DNA from: an uncultured Candidatus Peribacteria bacterium
Lineage (GTDB): Bacteria > Patescibacteriota > Gracilibacteria > Peribacterales > Peribacteraceae
Assembly: GCA_964488165.1 (NCBI GenBank)
Contig: CAZATU010000002.1
Coordinates: 137,334 to 201,333 of the forward strand
Reading direction: 5' to 3'
Length of the DNA: 64,000 bases
Shown here: piece by piece, positions 62,515 to 64,000 of the stretch
How positions within the stretch are numbered: the stretch's first letter is position 1
Layout: each line of letters starts with the position of its first letter
Position numbers and translations under genes: made by a program
The notes under the pieces: generated by a model
What the model saw: only the letters and a program-made list of their open reading frames with translations
Database searches by the model: none
Told to the model about the DNA's origin: nothing

Positions 62515-64000
62515 ATGGAACCGATTGATCGCTCCACCACCGGCATGAACGCTCTGGAAATACTGGCGGATTCCATGGCATCGCTCGAGCAGCGAGAAAC
62601 CCCGCTGAATCAACGGCGATTGGCTGTAGCGATCCATGTGCGAACGGCCCTGGAGACGCTCTCTTCGGATGACAGAAACGTCCTGGAAACGCTGCTGGAA
62701 GCACGAGGTGTCGCCGGTGTCGCCATTGATCGCATCTTGTCGCTCCCCCCGCCAAAGGCCATGAACACGCCTTCATTGCCGTTTGCGCACAGCGAACGCT
62801 ACCAAGTGCTCGCCGCGTCCATGACGCCCCGCGAGGGCTTTTCGCCCGAGCGCCCGAACTACCCCCAGGGCGTCGCTCCGCACCTTGATTCACATCATGA
62901 CCAGCTGACGCAGCTGATCAATGCCGGCAGCATTCCTGCGGAATTCGCCTCAACATTGCGCCTCTTCATTGAGTTGCATGATCGCGGCTACGCAGGGCGA
63001 ACCGATGTCTTACAGGCAGACGAGTTCGCAGCAGCAGCCGACGAGTACACGGCGACATATGTGACGATGGGCGCCTCCAAGGATCAAGCCGATCGGATGG
63101 CGGAGTACGTGCTTGCCGGCCTGCGCGCCACCGACAATCCCGTGAAGCAACACCTCGTCGGACGGGTCATCGGTCATGGCGTGAACAGCGTTCGTTTCGG
63201 CCGTGCCGTGCTCGCCGACGAAGGCGGCATGAGCCCCGAGCGGGCAGATGCACTAGCCACGCTTTTCGCTACGCATCATTTGGGCTACCCCCTGACGCCC
63301 TTGGTCGACGGCTTCGCAAAGGCCATGGGAGGTGAGATACCCCCAGACTTACGCTCCACGTTCTTGGTTGGTGGGGCTCCGGCTGATGCAACGCTCCCAG
63401 GGGCAAAGCGTGAGGAAATCAGCCAGGACCGCGCCGATGCCATCCGAGCCGAAATCGCCGACCGCGTGGCTCCGACGCTCGGCATCAGCACTGCCGATGC
63501 GCGCGCCATTGCCGTGCTCGCCTACGCACTCGACCGTACCTCACCCGCTCGGCGCATGCGTACATTCTCGCTCGCAGAAGATGACTCCATAACATGGGCG
63601 GGCGGTGAAACACAAAAGAAATATCCGCTCATCGTGGGCGATATCAATGCTGCTTACGGCAACGCCGCCATCCGGCAGAAACCCGAAAAGCATGTAAAAA
63701 CTGTCTATAACATCGCTTCGGTGCAATACGGCAAGGAGCGTGACGCCGCCATCCGCACGGCGCGCAACCTGGGCGTCACGGGCCTGGAAGAAGTGATCCG
63801 CGAGCATGCCGCCCGCGAAATAGCCGCCACTATCGATGTGCAACGCCGTGCCATTGGCATTGCCGACCGGATGGGCGCGGGCTCATTCGCCACGATCGAC
63901 GCCGACATCGCGCGCATCACGGAAGAATACCGTCGCGCATCGCAAAACCCCGAAGATACGGACGATATTGATGCCCTCGGCTACTTGCTCGGCACGCTCC
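62515..64000 (+). CDS. large hypothetical protein, N-terminal 495 codons (runs off the right edge)
   Basis: Hand translation from ATG 62515 (MEPIDRSTTGMNALEILADSMASLEQRETPLNQRRLAVAIH...) shows no stop up to 64000. Absent from the ORF track because it is edge-truncated. Confidence 0.7.
   Translation, partial: MEPIDRSTTGMNALEILADSMASLEQRETPLNQRRLAVAIHVRTALETLSSDDRNVLETLLEARGVAGVAIDRILSLPPPKAMNTPSLPFAHSERYQVLAASMTPREGFSPERPNYPQGVAPHLDSHHDQLTQLINAGSIPAEFASTLRLFIELHDRGYAGRTDVLQADEFAAAADEYTATYVTMGASKDQADRMAEYVLAGLRATDNPVKQHLVGRVIGHGVNSVRFGRAVLADEGGMSPERADALATLFATHHLGYPLTPLVDGFAKAMGGEIPPDLRSTFLVGGAPADATLPGAKREEISQDRADAIRAEIADRVAPTLGISTADARAIAVLAYALDRTSPARRMRTFSLAEDDSITWAGGETQKKYPLIVGDINAAYGNAAIRQKPEKHVKTVYNIASVQYGKERDAAIRTARNLGVTGLEEVIREHAAREIAATIDVQRRAIGIADRMGAGSFATIDADIARITEEYRRASQNPEDTDDIDALGYLLGTL

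Noticed and set aside
1-64000. CRISPR arrays, rRNA genes, transposases, integrases, reverse transcriptases, toxin-antitoxin pairs
   Set aside because: None was seen on either strand. The only repeats found are the three-copy element family and the 21-nt tRNA fragment.

Overview
High-GC bacterial chromosome segment (roughly mid-60s % GC by eye), mostly housekeeping genes on both strands. Recognised genes: gyrA (5' part, runs off the left edge), rsmI, ruvA, pgi, trxA, secF, tig, a RelA/SpoT homolog, rplJ-rplL, lexA-dinB, valS, pnp, rpsO, rmuC-pcrA, rsmA, comEC, a lipid-head-group cluster (carS-like, pgpA, pgsA), tRNA-Ala(TGC) and tRNA-Cys(GCA). Bacterial markers (L7/L12, trigger factor, SecF, LexA) sit beside archaeal-type enzymes (PurP, CarS-like, eIF-2B-family protein). 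That mix plus many small secreted or membrane proteins resembles Patescibacteria/CPR-like genomes; this is inference only. The ORF track omits two edge-truncated ORFs, which I translated by hand (gyrA 1-1271 minus; unknown ORF 62515 to beyond 64000 plus). Many long listed ORFs are GC-rich antisense or extension artefacts. Most unusual observations: (1) a three-copy ~0.5 kb intergenic element family with a near-identical 5' core, compensatory base-pair changes and an A/T-rich terminal motif, with no coding capacity or mobility gene; two copies lie inverted around pnp. (2) A low-GC single-gene island encoding a stand-alone SIR2_2-type protein next to GIY-YIG and tRNA-Ala, with a 21-nt duplicate of the tRNA 5' end nearby. 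(3) A textbook Phe-rich leader-peptide attenuator in front of an unknown-protein/racemase operon. (4) A GTGGAC-N4-GTCCAC palindrome in the lexA promoter, with a near-copy in front of rmuC-pcrA (candidate SOS box). (5) An orphan promoter-to-terminator unit of ~350 nt that is a candidate sRNA. No CRISPR array, rRNA, transposase, integrase or reverse transcriptase was seen.
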